From the IMG/VR virus record IMGVR_UViG_2541047945_000012: a DNA stretch of 7,139 nt, one strand, 5' to 3'. Source of the DNA: a virus (taxonomy: Duplodnaviria; Heunggongvirae; Uroviricota; Caudoviricetes). The notes under the pieces were generated by a model. The model saw only the letters and a list, made by a program, of their open reading frames with translations. It was not told the origin of the DNA and made no database searches. This document shows, in pieces, positions 5,366-7,139 of the stretch (within the stretch, counting starts at the first letter, position 1; each line of letters begins with the position of its first letter). A program made the position numbers and the translations under genes.

Positions 5366-6914
5366 TCTTACTCTTATCCCACTTCTAATATTTAAACTTC
5401 CAGTATTACTCTGTAAATTACAATCTCCTGAAGTTGGTCCAAGCAGTACAGTTTTACCAACACCACATACTACTCTGGCATTTCCTTTTTGTGATACGAG
5501 TCTTGACTCACCTCCTGACTGCTCAGGAAGAGATTTATGGTCTACAAATGCATCGCGGGGGTTAAATACACCGTCTCCAGAATTATATCTTCCTCCTGTA
5601 TAGTTGTTAAATACAGGACCCCAGTCAACGCCATTGCCTTCAGAGCACCCGACCATTCTAAGCACTCGAGTATTCCCTGCTGCATATGGTAATGAGCTTG
5701 TTGATTGCCTGGAAGCTATCATACGTGCTCCATAACCAATAGCATTACCACCATTTATAGTTACATATGCTGGCTGGCTTTCGAAATATGTACTGTAAAA
5801 GTTCATATTTCCACAGTCATGTAGATGAATAAGAACATCATCCCATCCCTGAATGGTTCCTGCATGTACCTGTACACCGCGAACTGGTTCCCCTGAAACC
5901 TCCATACACTCTGATGGCCGGCTGAATGGCTGAGACAGGTATTGCGATGTGGCAAGCAGATGTGTGTGGTGATACAGGCTGGTAATGTAGCAATCGAAAA
6001 ATTGCGTTCCCGCCATACCAAAGTTATCTATGTCATTTCGCCGTATAGTAGAACCTACTGTTGCCTCAGAAGCGTTAGACACTCCAGTAAATACTAACTT
6101 ATCACCGGATACGGATAATCCTGAATAAGTGAAATTCCTGCCTCCCGATCTTAAAACCCCGGACGTTTCGAAGGTGTGGCTTGATGACCATGGGATTTCG
6201 ATAGTGCTGGACGTTACCGCTGTAATTCGGAATACATCATGGGCGCGGATCGAAACACCCTTGAATCCCTGGAATCTACAGTGATAATAGTTTTCATCCT
6301 CGCCCTGAGCGGCCAGCGTGCCAGATACAGGAATGTTCGTTTTTAAAAGTGCCGTCTTGCGCCAGTATCCAACCACCTGCAAATTGCGGTATTCATTGCC
6401 AAAAGACGCACGTGACCAAATACCTACATCCCACTCATCGCCAAGACCGGTATTTGCAATGTCTTTATAACCATCCAGCCCATTGAAATATGGAACAATA
6501 CGAAAGTTCTCAAGGCGAACACATCCTGTCTCTGGCATCAATATTGCGGCAGAGAATGGTTTAAGCGTGGCTCTTGTAGCCCCATTAGCATCACCGTTAG
6601 TAAAATCCAATAAATCATATGATGACGCAGGTGCCGTTGTTGTATACGGGTCTTCGGAAGATGGATTAGAAACCACACCACCACTAACATCCATATTAGA
6701 AACACAATCTACAGTATATTTTTTATTTCCTACACCGTACATCAGGAATGTGGTCCCTGTGGTAATATCAGGAGCAAATGTTGCAGTATATCCAGAGACC
6801 CATTTGCCCACACCAAGACCAATTATCCCACCACCAGAAACAGGTGTTAACGTATCCGTTATTACATACGCATTATCAGTACCATAAATAACCTTTCCTG
6901 TGTTAATGGCAGCT
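5361..6914 (-). pseudogene. Tail fibre/tailspike gene, central fragment between the IS3-family element and IS2; 5' end missing
   Basis: Open frame of about 517 codons running from the IS3-family terminus (6915) to the IS2 terminus. Gly/Ser/Thr/Asn/Tyr-rich, as in receptor-binding fibre or spike bodies. No credible start codon or RBS inside the fragment, so the N-terminal part must lie beyond the IS element. Codons 1-61 of the 584-aa ORF-track entry are out-of-frame readthrough of the IS transposase. Confidence 0.7.
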
Positions 6915-7139
6915 TGAACCGCCCCGGGTTTCCTGGAGAGTATTTTATCTGTGAACTCAGGCTGCCAGATCATCGTTTCCGATGGAAGCATAATAAGCTT
7001 TTTCTGCTTCTGCCGGAGGAGTATGGCCCAGCCTTTCCAGCAATCGTCGATTGTTATACCAGTCCACCCACGTGAGTGTGGCCAGTTCCACTTCTGCACG
7101 GTTTTTCCAGCTCTTACGGTGTATTACCTCCGCTTTGTA
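6915..7139 (-). mobile_element. IS3-family insertion sequence (IS629/IS1203-like), partial; right end only, continuing beyond the window
   Basis: Terminal sequence on the plus strand from 6915: TGAACCGCCCCGGGTTTCCTGGAGAGTATTTTATCTGTGAACTCAGG, the TG...-type IS3-family end that I recall for IS629. It is followed by the transposase OrfB C-terminus. Exact IS identity not verified. Confidence 0.7.
6957..7139 (-). CDS. IS3-family transposase OrfB, C-terminal 60 codons (5'-truncated by window edge)
   Basis: Minus-strand translation ...YKAEVIHRKSWKNRAEVELATLTWVDWYNNRRLLERLGHTPPAEAEKAYYASIGNDDLAA-stop, with TGA at 6959..6957. This is a typical C-terminal tail of an IS3-family DDE transposase. Confidence 0.75.
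   Translation of the reverse strand, partial: YKAEVIHRKSWKNRAEVELATLTWVDWYNNRRLLERLGHTPPAEAEKAYYASIGNDDLAA

Noticed and set aside
5226-5603. 125-aa plus-strand ORF spanning the IS2 end and tail fibre gene
   Set aside because: Crosses the IS2 boundary antisense to the tail fibre frame; artefact.
5803-6887. ORFs 5803-6021 (minus) and 6483-6887 (plus) within the tail fibre fragment
   Set aside because: Alternative-frame or antisense to the long open tail fibre frame; no start signals.
6915-7099. N-terminal 61 codons of the 584-aa ORF (apparent GTG start at 7099)
   Set aside because: This stretch is IS transposase sequence read in the wrong frame, so the tail fibre gene has no start within the window.
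1-7139. tRNA, rRNA or CRISPR array anywhere in the window
   Set aside because: No cloverleaf-like conserved tRNA blocks, no rRNA-like sequence and no regularly spaced direct repeats were seen by inspection; the attachment site appears to be in a protein gene (guaA), not a tRNA.

Overview
This window appears to span a chromosome/prophage junction in an E. coli/Shigella-like genome; all calls are from reading the sequence and ORF track by eye, with no searches run. (1) 1-1071, plus strand: two envelope genes, a glycine-zipper lipoprotein and a secreted Ala/Lys/Glu-rich coiled-coil protein (tentatively yfgH-yfgI), ending at a bidirectional intrinsic terminator (1111-1142). (2) 1164-1181, minus strand: only the last codons of a GMP-synthase-like gene (IEWE-stop) with an in-frame stop just upstream, which I read as the displaced 3' end of guaA marking a prophage attachment junction. 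(3) 1289-3095, minus strand: a complete phage lysis cassette (3-TM holin, an extra small membrane protein, a GH19 chitinase-fold endolysin, Rz with embedded Rz1). (4) 3096-3492: an AT-rich control region with a near-consensus sigma70 promoter and a perfect palindrome reading into the holin. (5) 3493-6914, minus strand: a tail fibre/tailspike gene with a C-terminal intramolecular-chaperone-like domain, inactivated twice, by a complete IS2 (4030-5360, 5-bp target duplication CCGAT) and by an IS3-family element (IS629-like) from 6915 to the window edge. No tRNA, rRNA or CRISPR array was seen. The most interesting reading is a defective prophage sitting at the extreme 3' end of guaA with its lysis module at the prophage terminus.
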